63,233 bases of DNA, filler included, from Octopus bimaculoides (GCF_001194135.2; 4 parts of 4 records of this genome joined end to end with filler, not necessarily neighbours in it), one strand, 5' to 3'. Positions 37,621 to 52,868 are shown, counted from the first letter of the whole stretch. The notes: a model not told the origin generated them from the letters alone. Made by a program: numbers and translations.

Positions 37621-38743
37621 AGTGCCTGTGTGTTTATTTATTCATTTCATGTCTATCCTTCCGTCTTATCCTAGGTTTGTCTTCAGGGTTAGTTGAGCCA
37701 GAATTTAAAATCTTGACGCACTTCACCTGGCCAATACTTCCTTGTTTTTCAAGTAAGAGACTTTATTTCACTGGTCTTTGAATGCATAGAACAGACTAAT
37801 CAAAAAGTCAACTGTAAAATCACCATAAGTTACGGTCATTCTTCTTCACTTGTACTCCAATAGGCAGCGCCTTGTACTTTGTTGGTCCTCTTGAGTTTCT
37901 GTGTAATGATAATCGTAGACAAATTTCGGTAGAGTGGCAATTCCAGAACACAATTCTTTTCAGGAATAATAGGTTTGTAAGTTCAGTGCAGATGCGCAAG
38001 GGGGTTGGGGATGGCGCGAATTCGAGAGAAGTGGCTGTCACGTGGCTTGGTGGTAAGAGTGCTGTACTCAAAGCGATATGTCTAAGACTACAATTACCTG
38101 GATTCGTATATACCATTCCTAGGCGGAGTGGCATGGTTTGGTGCTGAAGATCTGTATTCGGTTCAGATTTTATAGTGCATAGAATAGGAATACTCAAAAT
38201 ATTTAGGAAATATATATATCCATCGGCAAGCGCATACATATATATGCGGTGTGTGGGTGTATGTATGCATTACACATATACATATTATATGTGTGTGTGT
38301 GTATGTAATATAAATACATACATAAATATATATATATATATATTACATGCACACTTACGAAACATGTGAGACATTCCAAAGTAGCCTTTCGCTATAATGC
38401 TATTCTGGATTAATAGATTAATAAGAGAACGCTGAAGTTACGACAACGCATTATCTTCATCTCCAGTCAACGGCTGATGGCGCAATGCAGTCATTACCCG
38501 GCTAATGGTTAATGAAGTGCAGTTGATGAGTGACTTCTGAATATACGAGATTCAAGAGGTTACAGATATGCACGCACCTACACACGCGTACATACATGCG
38601 TGTGTTGCATTCGTAGTCTGAGAGTCTGAAGGTCTGGTATTTTTGATGGACTTGGCATAGCTTTAAAGAGTTTAAAGTACATCGGCAGTAAATACATACC
38701 TCCCAACGCATATTACTGCGCACGCGCAAGCACAGACGTCCAC

Positions 38744-38807
<64 letters not shown>

Positions 38808-40504
38808 GCATGTTAATTTGTANNNNNNNNNNNNNNNNNNNNNNNNNNNNNNNNNNNNNNNNNNNNNNNNNNNNNNNNNNNNNNNNNNNNNNNNNNNNNN
38901 NNNNNNNNNNNNNNNNNNNNNNNNNNNNNNNNNNNNNNNNNNNNNNNNNNNNNNNNNNNNNNNNNNNNNNNNNNNNNNNNNNNNNNNNNNNNNNNNNNNN
39001 NNNNNNNNNNNNNNNNNNNNNNNNNNNNNNNNNNNNNNNNNNNNNNNNNNNNNNNNNNNNNNNNNNNNNNNNNNNNNNNNNNNNNNNNNNNNNNNNNNNN
39101 NNNNNNNNNNNNNNNNNNNNNNNNNNNNNNNNNNNNNNNNNNNNNNNNNNNNNNNNNNNNNNNNNNNNNNNNNNNNNNNNNNNNNNNNNNNNNNNNNNNN
39201 NNNNNNNNNNNNNNNNNNNNNNNNNNNNNNNNNNNNNNNNNNNNNNNNNNNNNNNNNNNNNNNNNNNNNNNNNNNNNNNNNNNNNNNNNNNNNNNNNNNN
39301 NNNNNNNNNNNNNNNNNNNNNNNNNNNNNNNNNNNNNNNNNNNNNNNNNNNNNNNNNNNNNNNNNNNNNNNNNNNNNNNNNNNNNNNNNNNNNNNNNNNN
39401 NNNNNNNNNNNNNNNNNNNNNNNNNNNNNNNNNNNNNNNNNNNNNNNNNNNNNNNNNNNNNNNNNNNNNNNNNNNNNNNNNNNNNNNNNNNNNNNNNNNN
39501 NNNNNNNNNNNNNNNNNNNNNNNNNNNNNNNNNNNNNNNNNNNNNNNNNNNNNNNNNNNNNNNNNNNNNNNNNNNNNNNNNNNNNNNNNNNNNNNNNNNN
39601 NNNNNNNNNNNNNNNNNNNNNNNNNNNNNNNNNNNNNNNNNNNNNNNNNNNNNNNNNNNNNNNNNNNNNNNNNTATATATATATATATATATATATCGCT
39701 ATATATGTATGCATATATACATACATACATACATACACACATCCATCCATACATATAAGTATATCTTAATATCTATTGTGTCAGCGTGTGCAACGGAGAG
39801 GGAGGGGGGTTTATGTGCACATATAATCGACAGAGATTTAGATATAGATAACCACAGGAATATAGATAAATACATTCATAAACACACACACACCTACACC
39901 CATACACGCGCGTACACATTCACATTATATACAGACACACATACGCGTTTCCACACGCATTTGCATACACGCGTGAACCCTCACACCGGCTTAGAAGACG
40001 TCCATGTTTATATAGAGCTCATAGGAGACAATATATGAGCCGAGAATACGCCTGATGGCGTGTTGATGTATATTGTTAGCAGGAAGATGATACCCAATTA
40101 CTGAGTAAAAAACGGTAATTCTTTTTTTTGCATGCTTGCTTGTCTGTTTGTCCGTGTGTCTGTTAAGGTAATGTACATTATGGTGTTCACTCAAGATTGG
40201 TATTTGTTTGGTAACAGAAACTCGTGCAATTATGGTCTGTGCAGGGAGTAGAAACATATATATATACACACACTCACGCAGACACACTCANNNNNNNNNN
40301 TGCATAAGTAGAAATATATGTGCATATATATGTATATATGTATATCTATCTATAATATATTTATATACATACATATATACGTACACATACACACAGAAAT
40401 ACACACAGAAATGCACCTTACACTTTTGAATATATCAAATAATAAATCTAGGAGTATCTACTTCTATCTATATGTTTGGATTCACACATATATGTTACTG
40501 TTTA

Positions 40505-40560
<56 letters not shown>

Positions 40561-41747
40561 NNNNNNNNNNNNNNNNNNNNNNNNNNNNNNNNNNNNNNNN
40601 NNNNTTAATTAATTAANNNNNNNNNNNNNNNNNNNNNNNNNNNNNNNNNNNNNNNNNNNNATATATATATTTATATGTATATACACGCAAACACATACAC
40701 ACAAACATACAATTGAAAACGAAGTTATTTTAAAATAGCAAAATACCAGTTAAAGATTGTTTTGTTTTTTGCGTTCCTCTTGTTTCGGACTTTATAATAG
40801 TCTTCCATTTTTCATTTATATATATTTTTTCGCTATTTGTTTTAAAGCAATGAATATCTTGAGCTAGACTAGTCCATTGATTTGGCATTCTGGTCAAACA
40901 GAGACAATAGATAGAAACATCTTCAGTTATATAAATCAAGAACTATAGTAATAGTTAATCTTATTTGATTATTTTATCAAGCTATGATCGAAATCAGCTG
41001 CTTTACTATTCAGACAGTGTGGAGACTAAAGATTTCGCCGGTCGTAAAATAGAGTTATTTTATTTGTGCTGTTGTTGCTGTAATTGTTGTTGTTTAGTAG
41101 GTAATTTCGTGTATGTTGTTGTTTCTGGTTCCCACTGGTGTTTTGTTGTTGATATTATGGCTATTTCTTTTTTTATTAATTTCATTTTTATTCGTTCTCA
41201 TTTTCTTTTGTTTACTTTTATCTTTGTTTTTTTTTTTTCTTATCGTTACATCTGTTTTGTGAGGGTTTTACTGCTGCAGGAGCGAGTATGTATGTCTATG
41301 AGTTTATGAATATCTGTTCGGCTGTTATTTTCAGTGTATGCGAATGGAAGGTTATCTTTGTGTAGTTGTATGTATATATATANNNNNNNNNNNNNNNNNN
41401 NNNNNNNNNNNNNNNNNNNNNNNNNNNNNNNNNNNNNNNNNNNNNNNNNNNNNNNNNNNNNNNNNNNNNNNNNNNNNNNNNNNNNNNNNNNNNNNNNNNN
41501 NNNNNNNNNNNNNNNNNNNNNNNNNNNNNNNNNNNNNNNNNNNNNNNNNNNNNNNNNNNNNNNNNNNNNNNNNNNNNNNNNNNNNNNNNNNNNNNNNNNN
41601 NNNNNNNNNNNNNNNNNNNNNNNNNNNNNNNNNNNNNNNNNNNNNNNNNNNNNNNNNNNNNNNNNNNNNNNNNNNNNNNNNNNNNNNNNNNNNNNNNNNN
41701 NNNNNNNNNNNNNNNNNNNNNNNNNNNNNNNNNNNNNNNNNNNNNNN

Positions 41748-41804
<57 letters not shown>

Positions 41805-44800
41805 GATAGTGATAGAGAGACAGAGACATAAACAGACAGACAAGTAGATCGATATGTGAGTGTTTAGACAGACAGACATATATAGAGGGACAACAAGCGG
41901 GAATAAAATAACCAGAGGGTACATGGCAGAAATTACCTCGGCGTAAAAATGTTAACGGTTGATAAGGTGCACACGAAAGGGAAAGTGAGAGATTTATGGG
42001 TAGCTGCGAGAGGGATACAATGAGGGAAAGAGTGAAAGAATGAGAGACAGAGCAGTGAATGAGTTATCGAATAAATGAGTAAATTATGAATTCTGTTAGA
42101 GTTTGATCCCTGGTGATAATACAAGAATTATAGACTAAAACAGACAGGGAATATTTTAAATATCTATATAACATTTGTGTGTATATGTGGGGTTAGGTGA
42201 GGATTGATTATATTGGTATAGCAGTGAATATTGTTGTTAGAAACAGAGAGAATGATTGAGGCGCGAAAAATATACAGTAAACTGAAAGAAAAAGTGAGAA
42301 ATGAGATAAACGAAATTTTGAATGAGTCTCCTGTCAATATATAAAATTAAGTAAGTTAAAAATGAAAACAGAAAATTTGAATGTGTTTGTTTGTAAAGTG
42401 GACACAAAAGTATATACAATAAAAGAAAGGGAGAATATTCAAAAATTTCGGTCATTTGATCTTATGGTGGTTATGTCTCTTATTTGTAGTTTTAGATTTC
42501 ATAAACACTTAGTAATGGACTCTGTCTGTTTGTTGTTTGGATAGATGTAGTCAACTGAAGATGATTCAACTCAGTGTAATACAGAATAAGCTGTACCGAA
42601 TAAGAGAATATTTGGGCTTGTGTATGTGTGTAAGGGTTTAAATGAGACGGGAGATGGTGCGTATGAGTATATAAGGGATAGAAACAGATTCAGTGAAAGA
42701 GACAGAAAAATAACCAGTGATATATAAGCCACAAAAAGGGGAAAAAGTAAGCATTAAAGTAAGGAATTAGTGAAAGAAGGAAAACATCGTGAAACAGAGG
42801 TAATATATATATATATATATATATATACCAAATTATAGTGAAACAAGATAACTGAATACTTGTAAGGGAGATTGTAAAAAAAAATGGATGAGTCGCAAGC
42901 AAAGATAGGCAAAGAAGGCGAAATGCAACAGGTACACTTATCCATAACCATTATGTATGCGTATACATATGTGTGCATGTGTGTTCACTTGCGTGTGCGT
43001 TTGTGTTGTGGTGTAGTTAAATATAAAACTTAAATTGCAAATTGCAAGGTAAATAACCAATATTGAGAAATCTATGTGTTTTCCTGTTATTGTACTTTTA
43101 TTATTTGGCACGATTCTGGAGCATTTTGTTAGTTACAGAGTACATGTCAAAAAATTTTAAACAAACACATGTGTGTTTGGTTTTAAGATACACTGTTATG
43201 CAATCTTACGTACGTGCTATCAAAAGCGATTATAAGCAAGCTGATGTAAATCATATGACTAAAATGCATTGTCAAATCTTCAGAAACGTGTATGCTTCAT
43301 ACGTAACATTACTGCAGCATTGCATTGTTCACAGAAGTAACCATTGTGAAAGAAGTATCTATTCATTACAGCAGTTGCTAGTCTTAATTGACGAGTGCTT
43401 GCATCAGTCTATGCATATCTCGTATAAATTAATTGTGGTTTTGAGCAAATCTCTATTTCCCCGATGACAAAAAACACGGAACATCTTAGAAAGGAACGGG
43501 TCTCAAGTGAAATTACAATTTATTTAAATACTAGTATTCATATCTTATTTCCTTTCAGGTAATGATATTACAAAAAAGTGGGTTTCTTCTTTTCTTTTTC
43601 CAAGTAATTACTCATATGAAAATCCAGCTGTAATTATCGAAGGTATTACTTCTGAGAATATAGAGAGCTACTAAAAAATCACCAACGAGAAAAATAACCA
43701 ATTTTCTGCTGCATATAGGATACCTAGATCATATTAACGTTTACGTATTGTGCTTCCATATTCTAACAAATATATTAGATTAATTTATAAGTGTGTCACA
43801 GTGCCATGCATCAAACACTATATTAATCTTCTATAAAGCTAAATTAAAAGTTATAGAAAGAAATATCTATAGGAATTCTCTGATTTCTGCCAGCAGAGAA
43901 TAAAATATACAATGTATTGGGGAAAACCAGCGATGTGGCATAAGTTGTTTTTGTAGCTTCAACACGAGGTATATTGCAGAATACTAAACAGTTCATAAAA
44001 TCGTAAAACAACCAGTGAACAAAATAGTCATCAACTGTATGGAACTTCCCAAACCACACACATAAGACTGAGTTTATGAAATTATTTTCTGTCAATATCT
44101 TTAGATATGGTAGTGTTAGATACATGTCCTTTAGGCGTAAAACTGCAAGAATTTTAATATTCTATAATATTTCTTAGTATGTTTTGTGTGTCTGTTTAAA
44201 CATGCATATTTTATTCCACTGTACAATATGTGTGCTTATATTTGGACGTATATGTATGTATATATGTGTGTGTGTATGTGTGTGCGTGTGAACATATATT
44301 TGTATATACACATATATTAGAATATACGTATATATGAATGCAATATCCTAATGCATATTCATATACAGAATACACATGTATTTATCACTAAATATGTATA
44401 TATANNNNNNNNNNNNNNNNNNNNNNNNNNNNNNNNNNNNNNNNNNNNNNNNNNNNNNNNNNNNNNNNNNNNNNNNNNNNNNNNNNNNNNNNNNNNNNNN
44501 NNNNNNNNNNNNNNNNNNNNNNNNNNNNNNNNNNNNNNNNNNNNNNNNNNNNNNNNNNNNNNNNNNNNNNNNNNNNNNNNNNNNNNNNNNNNNNNNNNNN
44601 NNNNNNNNNNNNNNNNNNNNNNNNNNNNNNNNNNNNNNNNNNNNNNNNNNNNNNNNNNNNNNNNNNNNNNNNNNNNNNNNNNNNNNNNNNNNNNNNNNNN
44701 NNNNNNNNNNNNNNNNNNNNNNNNNNNNNNNNNNNNNNNNNNNNNNNNNNNNNNNNNNNNNNNNNNNNNNNNNNNNNNNNNNNNNNNNNNNNNNNNNNNN

Positions 44801-44981
44801 NNNNNNNNNNNNNNNNNNNNNNNNNNNNNNNNNNNNNNNNNNNNNNNNNNNNNNNNNNNNNNNNNNNNNNNNNNNNNNNNNNNNNNNNNNNNNNNNNNNN
44901 NNNNNNNNNNNNNNNNNNNNNNNNNNNNNNNNNNNNNNNNNNNNNNNNNNNNNNNNNNNNNNNNNNNNNNNNNNNNNNNNN

Positions 44982-45607
44982 AACAACAACAACAACAATG
45001 CGGGAGTGGTATGACAGTAGCAGGATGTTGGCGGAATCCTCTTAAATGGTCAAGTGGCCAAAAAGAGACTCGTTGTGGATGACAGCAGTGATTGAAATCG
45101 TTCTGAATAAATTCTTGAGGTGACTGTTTTGAATTTATCGGTTTTAATATTTGCCTGGGTACACACATCTATGTACGCATCTATCTGGCTATCTATCTAT
45201 ATATCTATTTCAACAAAAGTTCGTCTGTGTGTATACATACCTACATACATACAAACATACTTGCATACATACTTACATACATNNNNNNNNNNAGAAGAAG
45301 AAGAACAACAACAACAACAACAATGCGGGAGTGGTATGACAGTAGCAGGATGTTGGCGGAATCCTCTTAAATGGTCAAGTGGCCAAAAAGAGACTCGTTG
45401 TGGATGACAGCAGTGATTGAAATCGTTCTGAATAAATTCTTGAGGTGACTGTTTTGAATTTATCGGTTTTAATATTTGCCTGGGTACACACATCTATGTA
45501 CGCATCTATCTGGCTATCTATCTATATATCTATTTCAACAAAAGTTCGTCTGTGTGTATACATACCTACATACATACAAACATACTTGCATACATACTTA
45601 CATACAT
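44982..45607. other. About 300-bp exact direct duplication around an N10 gap at 45283-45292 (assembly overlap artefact; similar at 7941-8076)
   Basis: 44982-45282 is repeated from about 45304. Confidence 0.85.
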
Positions 45608-47156
45608 ACATACAATGCTGTTCGAAAGCTTGAATATACTGACAAACAGAAATTTTATACTGCAATTGATGATGTAGATGAAAAAATCAGGATGGTACTT
45701 CATAATAAATTGAGCAGATTATATGAAATCATTTACAAAAGTGCATCCATCAATATTTTCCGCCATAATACTTCATATGTTAACCATTTAGGTCCATGCC
45801 AACGAGTTCAAGCATTGCCTTTATTTCGAATCATTGTTGTCGAGTGCATTCGACCATACTTACGCAGAATTACGGAGCAATCTCCTGTCTCCAAATCTGC
45901 AACATTTTCGTTTTTATATCTGAAATACTTGAAACATTTCAAACTACACTTCGTTTTATCTTTCACTCCTTTCAGTCATTGGATTACCACTATGCTGGGG
46001 CACTGTATTGAAAAGTTTTATTCAAATGAATTGCCCCACTACTTGTTTTTTAAAAGCCGGAGTGTATGGTGGAATTATGGATGGCCGTAAGTATAGTAAA
46101 CTCATTTTTCAGGATATATAGCTCATATTAAAATGTTGTTTACAGCTTTATCCACATTCCAAACATGCACTAGATCTTACAGCTAATACCTTGGTTTGTA
46201 ACTTTAAAACGAAAGTAACCCTTTGTTACTTTAAGCCAGTGTCTTCGTCTAATTTTCATAAATCCCGCATAATTCCAGACATTCCTTTGAAAGATTTCTG
46301 CAATGTTCATAGTATTGCCTAAGTACAACATTGTACTGTCTATGTTATTTATATTTGCGTAAAAGTTCTAGTTGTAGACGGAGATGTGACACAAACACGA
46401 GTGAACATACAAGCAGTTTTGATGAGATGTAGCATGCGACTTGCTTGACCTACAAAATTATTAGCATACACTCATTTGATAAACTCGAGAGAAATTTTTA
46501 CTGGACAGTAATTAGGGACATCTTGATGTCTTCCTGAATGTGAGTTCATTGCTGCATAAAGCAACTAATTGCGCCGTTATATTTTCCAAATACCATTATA
46601 ATAAAGCCATAATATAACGTTATAGGTTACATTATCTAATATACCAAATACAAGATGAAATTATCAAATAATATTTGTTCACTCATACATCATGATGCTT
46701 CATATAATCTGAGTGTGTTACTTACAACCGTACTTTAGATAATTAGATATTATCTTTATGCTGGTACATATTTAGTAAAACTACTAAATTTCATTTTTCT
46801 ATTCAGAATATGTTGGATTCTATATGTGCGAGTGTGTGTGAGTGTATGAGTGTGTGAGTGTATGAGTGTGTGAGTGTATGAGTGTGTGAGTGTGTGTGTA
46901 TTTAAATATATGGCTGTATGTGAAGATGGATGTGCACATGATTTTCGTTATCTTTTTACTTCTTTCAGTCGGTTGAACGTGGCCATACTGGGGCATCGCC
47001 TTGGGGAGTTTAGTCGAAAAATCGGAAGAATTATTTTCTTTTTAAGCTTGCTACTTTTTTTTATCGCTCATTGTTTACAAAACCGCTAAATTATAAGGAT
47101 ATAAACAAACCAACACCGGCTTTAAAGGGACGGTGGAGTGCGAACAACGATCATGG

Positions 47157-47199
<43 letters not shown>

Positions 47200-48500
47200 A
47201 TATTATATATTATATATATACATATATACGCACACAAACATATATATAGAGAGAGAAAGAGTGGAGTAATGGGGAGAAGAAGAAAGAAGAAAGAGAAATT
47301 AGATAATGTTCCATCTAATGACAATGTTATGTCTAGATATAATAATTGCTCGAGTTGAATTACCACATAAAACACCGATTTAAACTGAGACTAAAGACCT
47401 TCATTTACTCTCTGAAGATGGAATAAGCTGCCGCTATAAGGATAGCTCATCTTCGTTGGAACATATGTGCATCTATACTTGAAACAGCTGTAAGAACCTA
47501 TCTGAACACATTCTCACTGACTTATTTATGATCTGCTCTATTGGGTCAACTCTACAATAATATTTAAGTATATAAAGGCCATGATCTACATAGATACCAG
47601 TTGCTTGCCTCCTCATACTCTCATTCTACTGTATGCACACACATATACACACACAAACACGCATAAGTGTACAATATGTATATATATATTAAACTATTTC
47701 TGGATAATTTCTTTTCTGAGGTAAAAGTTTGGTATTTACTCAAAACTATTAATAAATGTCTATCCTTTTGTTAATATATTCTTCTTAATAATCCTCAGAA
47801 TAGCCATACACTTTAACTGTATACAACACAACAACATTGTTTAAAACATTTAACTATAGTACTACATGATAAGACTTCCCCTGTTTCATTATCAATGGTC
47901 TCCTTAATTGTCAGCAAACATCTTGTTTTAAGTTTTCCTTTACCAAACCTCATGATAGTGCTTCTAATAAATCTTGATTTTTATGACTATACCAACTATG
48001 ATTTCTGTCTGCTCTCTCAGCCCTACCCCTAACATATACTACCTTTATTCTCTCAGCCTTAGATATACAAGGATTTGATAAACTAGTCTAAAAATTAAAA
48101 CTGACCCCATAAAAACAAATAAAATCAGTGACAGGCAGTCTTCTTGATAATTTAGTAACGTATATACTGTAGTACAGGCACAGGTTCATTGTCTATTTCC
48201 TTAACTTCTTGGAGATTTTAGGTATAATTATACTAATGTTTCCCCCTGTCTAATTTAATTAAATTCTATGTCTTTGTGCAGCTGAGGATTGCTCTGCATT
48301 GTTCAATTAAATGGTGTTGTATGAAACAATCGTACTCCTTTACCCTTGGATATCCTTGCTGCTTACTTTGAAATTGTATGGATAATACCGTACTAAATTC
48401 TGTTATCTCAACTCAGGTACCATATTCATCTGAATCTCTCTCTCTCTCTTTATCTCTCTCTCTTCCTCTCTCTCTCTCTCGCCCTCTCTCTCTCTCTCTG

Positions 48501-48533
<33 letters not shown>

Positions 48534-49252
48534 NNNNNNNNNNNNNNNNNNNNNNNNNNNNNNNNNNNNNNNNNNNNNNNNNNNNNNNNNNNNNNNNNNN
48601 NNNNNNNNNNNNNNNNNNNNNNNNNNNNNNNNNNNNNNNNNNNNNNNNNNNNNNNNNNNNNNNNNNNNNNNNNNNNNNNNNNNNNNNNNNNNNNNNNNNN
48701 NNNNNNNNNNNNNNNNNNNNNNNNNNNNNNNNNNNNNNNNNNNNNNNNNNNNNNNNNNNNNNNNNNNNNNNNNNNNNNNNNNNNNNNNNNNNNNNNNNNN
48801 NNNNNNNNNNNNNNNNNNNNNNNNNNNNNNNNNNNNNNNNNNNNNNNNNNNNNNNNNNNNNNNNNNNNNNNNNNNNNNNNNNNNNNNNNNNNNNNNNNNN
48901 NNNNNNNNNNNNNNNNNNNNNNNNNNNNNNNNNNNNNNNNNNNNNNNNNNNNNNNNNNNNNNNNNNNNNNNNNNNNNNNNNNNNNNNNNNNNNNNNNNNN
49001 NNNNNNNNNNNNNNNNNNNNNNNNNNNNNNNNNNNNNNNNNNNNNNNNNNNNNNNNNNNNNNNNNNNNNNNNNNNNNNNNNNNNNNNNNNNNNNNNNNNN
49101 NNNNNNNNNNNNNNNNNNNNNNNNNNNNNNNNNNNNNNNNNNNNNNNNNNNNNNNNNNNNNNNNNNNNNNNNNNNNNNNNNNNNNNNNNNNNNNNNNNNN
49201 NNNNNNNNNNNNNNNNNNNNNNNNNNNNNNNNNNNNNNNNNNNNNNNNNNNN

Positions 49253-49301
<49 letters not shown>

Positions 49302-49764
49302 ATATACACATATATGTGTTAGTATCTATATATGGTATGTCAGTGTGTAATGGTTAGATAGACAATTTGGGGCGGACGATCTACAATTTGCATTACTAGT
49401 TGTATAACTGTACAGGCGATTAATTTGTTTTCGATATCTGAAAATGTTTTATGTTCTTTCACAAAATAATTACAGTTTTGTTTATAGCTGGTGTTCATCC
49501 TTATATTTGGCGCCAGAAAAAATAAGGGAGTTATCTTAGCAACTTGGCCACATAAATTACTAATAAATCGAATCTGGCGTGACTATGTGAACAAAGAATT
49601 ACTGGTGTTTGACGGGACTATGTTTATTATATTGAACGCTAACATATCGCCATTTGAATTTTCAGAAATGTTGCTTGTCTTTATGTATTTCATTTTATCT
49701 TAAAGGATGGTGAATAGCCATGAATTTGCAAGGCTTTGCAAAATAGGTAATATTGTAATATTAT

Positions 49765-49925
49765 AATAAACGACTGGCTCCCTCCGCCAAAATTTCGGTC
49801 CTTGTGCTTAAAGTTGAGAAGAATATTATAATAAAAAGAAAACGGCGAGCTGGCAGAAAACGTTAGCACGCCGGGCGAAATGCCTAGCGGTATTTTGTCT
49901 GCCGTTATCAATTCGATTCTGAATT
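49765..49925 (+). mobile_element. SINE family 3 tail followed by a family 3 head
   Basis: CGACTGGCTCCCTCCGCCAAAATTTCGGTCCTTGTGC, then GGCGAGCTGGCAGAAAACGTTAGCACGCCGGGCGAAATG. Confidence 0.75.
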
Positions 49926-50762
49926 CGATCAAGTAAGTTAAAGCACTCTGTGGATGTATCATCACAAAGATGACAGAAGTGTTCAATTCAAGTTGGAATG
50001 GTGGCCTCCTATATATAAAGGATATTCTACAGGGTAAGTTTGAAAGGAGGACTTAAGATAAATACTTTCCACTTTAACCAAGTTTCACACAAGCAAAATA
50101 AATGATTGGGGAGCGCGATATCTTCCTCCTCCTCCTCCTCAACATCATCATGATGTACATGTTTTTTTGTTTGTTTTATGGGAAGACGCGGTTCGCTTAG
50201 CATCATTCCCCATCCTATCCCTTTATAGTTTATAATTTTATTCAGCGCCTATCAAAGGATTATGTCTGAACGTGCGAGCTATGTTTTCTATAGTGTCACA
50301 AAAGCCAGTTCCCCTTGTTGTACAAAAGTTATTTGATAATATTTTGAAAACTGTAGATAAGTTACTCTCTTATGACAAGAATTTTCTTTACTTGCAGTTT
50401 CAAATTCTTTTCAAAACCCTTTGTAAGTCTTGATATATATCTCTCTTCTTCCTTCCATAATGATTTCACATTTGCAGGGATACATCTATTATCAGTTATT
50501 TTATCTTTCTATAATGTGACAATATACGGTTTTGAGTGTTGTATTTCCTTGCCTGTCTAGATATTCATGTCCTATTATAAATTTCCCTTATCGTTTTCGA
50601 CACCTTTCGTTGATCTATGTTCATATCATTTCCATAGCTATTCTACATTGTATGTTTTATACATGTGCGCATCTATAAAATACATAACTGAAGCAGTTTT
50701 CTTCTCTAGTTTTCGAATTTTTTCATTGTCTTCATAAAGTTCTTAAACATATATTAAATGTA

Positions 50763-50950
50763 CTGTGGAGGCACAATGGCCGAGTGGTTAGGGCAGCGGA
50801 CACACGCTCGTAGGATCGCGGTTTTGATTCCCAGACCGAGCGTGGTGAGTATTTATTCGGTGAAAACAGCTAAAGCTCCACCAGGCTCCGGCAGGGTATC
50901 GTGGCGAACCCTAGTGTACTCTTTCACCACAACCTTCGCTCATTCTTTCT
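50763..50950 (+). mobile_element. SINE family 2 head and middle
   Basis: Collinear with the reverse of 3760-3942. Confidence 0.85.
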
Positions 50951-52261
50951 TCGTTTTGGTAAGTGGCTTTTTTGTTGACTTACGAGGAGAAATTTCTTCA
51001 CATTTTTGTATCATATTAGTACGCGATATTTACGAGATGCTATGTTATACTCATTATCACACGTTGAACTTATTATTTTAAGAGAGTTATTTTGCTGTTG
51101 TTGGTATTTAGTTGCGGTGATAGTCGCAGTGACTTATTAAGACGGTAAAGCGCAGCTGTTTGGATACAGGGAATTTGGCGCAGCTTACTTGACAGTCAAC
51201 CCCTTTTCAAGCTGGAGGCATACACATAGACCACTGCGCACGCAGATGCAGTGATATTCACTTACAAGATAGAAAGAATGAACGACAGAGAATTAAATGG
51301 GGGAGGAGATCCATTAATATTTACTAATTGAATGTGACAGGCATAAACACTTCCTCTCACCTCATCCACATAAAGAGAAATATGCTCACACACTTGAACA
51401 TTGAGAGGAAAGGAAAAATGAAAGGATAAAGTGAATCAGAAATATTAAAACGAGAGAAACATTAAAGAGTCCAGTCTCTAATAAGTCGGCGTCGAATCAA
51501 CAAACGTCCGAGTGGAAACACCTCATATGCTTATAGAGATGTATTCGAGCAGATGTTGCGATCGATTTCGATCCCGTCTTACTAAACCCTTATGTCTAAG
51601 CAAAATCTAACTGGAACTATATTGTCTAGAATTTTATTTATTATGTTTGAGACAATGAAGTGGAGGTGTTTTTCATGGAAATATATAACAAACAGTTTCT
51701 ATTATATTAAGCAGCTAACAGGGTAATTCTCGCTTTGCACTATTTTCCAGATAATCGAATTTAAAATAGAAAAAAAATCTAGAATAATTAACAATAACAG
51801 ATGTCAGGGACGATAGAAGGAAATATCTATTGTTGTTGTTGCAGATGTGTTAGAGACAGTGACGTTAATACGCTGATATTTATCTCATTGACCCAATAAT
51901 GCTGAAAATACAAAGCTATGTTTGCAGCAGATAAATTCAGATCGTAAAAGGCATAATGATGTAGCTGAAAAACGTGCGACATTTTTTTATTGAAGGGGTT
52001 CTCAGTGTTTCTTTCATTTTCTTTCTCAGCTCTTTTATGAACTCCCATATCTTTGTCGTATATATATATATATATACATATAACATCTGGAATTAATAAT
52101 ATAAAGAATACTCGGTCAAGAGATATGTTTGCAAAATACCCAGTCTACATTAAGCGAAACTAATGCTAACAATATTCATGGTGCTACAGCTATTCCGTCT
52201 GAGATTTGGCATTACAACTAGTCTTGTATGTATGGACCTATGTATGTTTGTGTGTATAGAT

Positions 52262-52365
<104 letters not shown>

Positions 52366-52868
52366 CATATAACATATTATATATTATATATGTGTATATG
52401 TTTTGCATGTCTATGTGTTATAGTTCTATTTACATAGATACTTATGTTTAATTTTATACAATCTATTATTTGGTACAATTTATTCAGTGAAATCTGGTGA
52501 ATTCAGAATAGAAGAGAGAAGAGGCTGATTGGATGATAATAGCAATGTCCACAAGTAAAAGGGGAGGTAATTAGGTAATTACGAGATAATACCGTGCATT
52601 GGAGAGTGGTTCCATCCTATTATTACCCAAAATATCGACACATTTCAGGAAGTATATGTATATAACTGTGCTTATACGTAGTTGAATGTATATATATATG
52701 TATATTATATATTTATGTATATATATGTATATTATATATTTATGTATATATATATATATATATATATANNNNNNNNNNNNNNNNNNNNNNNNNNNNNNNN
52801 NNNNNNNNNNNNTTAATTAATTAANNNNNNNNNNNNNNNNNNNNNNNNNNNNNNNNNNNNNNNNNNNN

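Noticed and set aside
40015-40055. Hairpin GCTCATA...TATGAGC followed by CGAGAA, superficially like hammerhead stem II
   Set aside because: The upstream core has several mismatches to CUGANGA and there is no stem I or III.
45476-46090. 204-aa plus-strand ORF
   Set aside because: It starts in microsatellite/duplicated sequence and ends in a SINE fragment, with no recognisable domain or splice structure on this strand.
20487-49322. Long ORFs of 200-400 aa in the ORF track
   Set aside because: They consist of X residues from N-gaps flanked by (TA)n.
49953-50032. Short ATG-initiated frame MYHHKDDRSVQFKLEWWPPIYKGYSTG ending at a GTAAGT donor
   Set aside because: There is no homology I can recognise, no signal peptide, and no convincing downstream partner exon.
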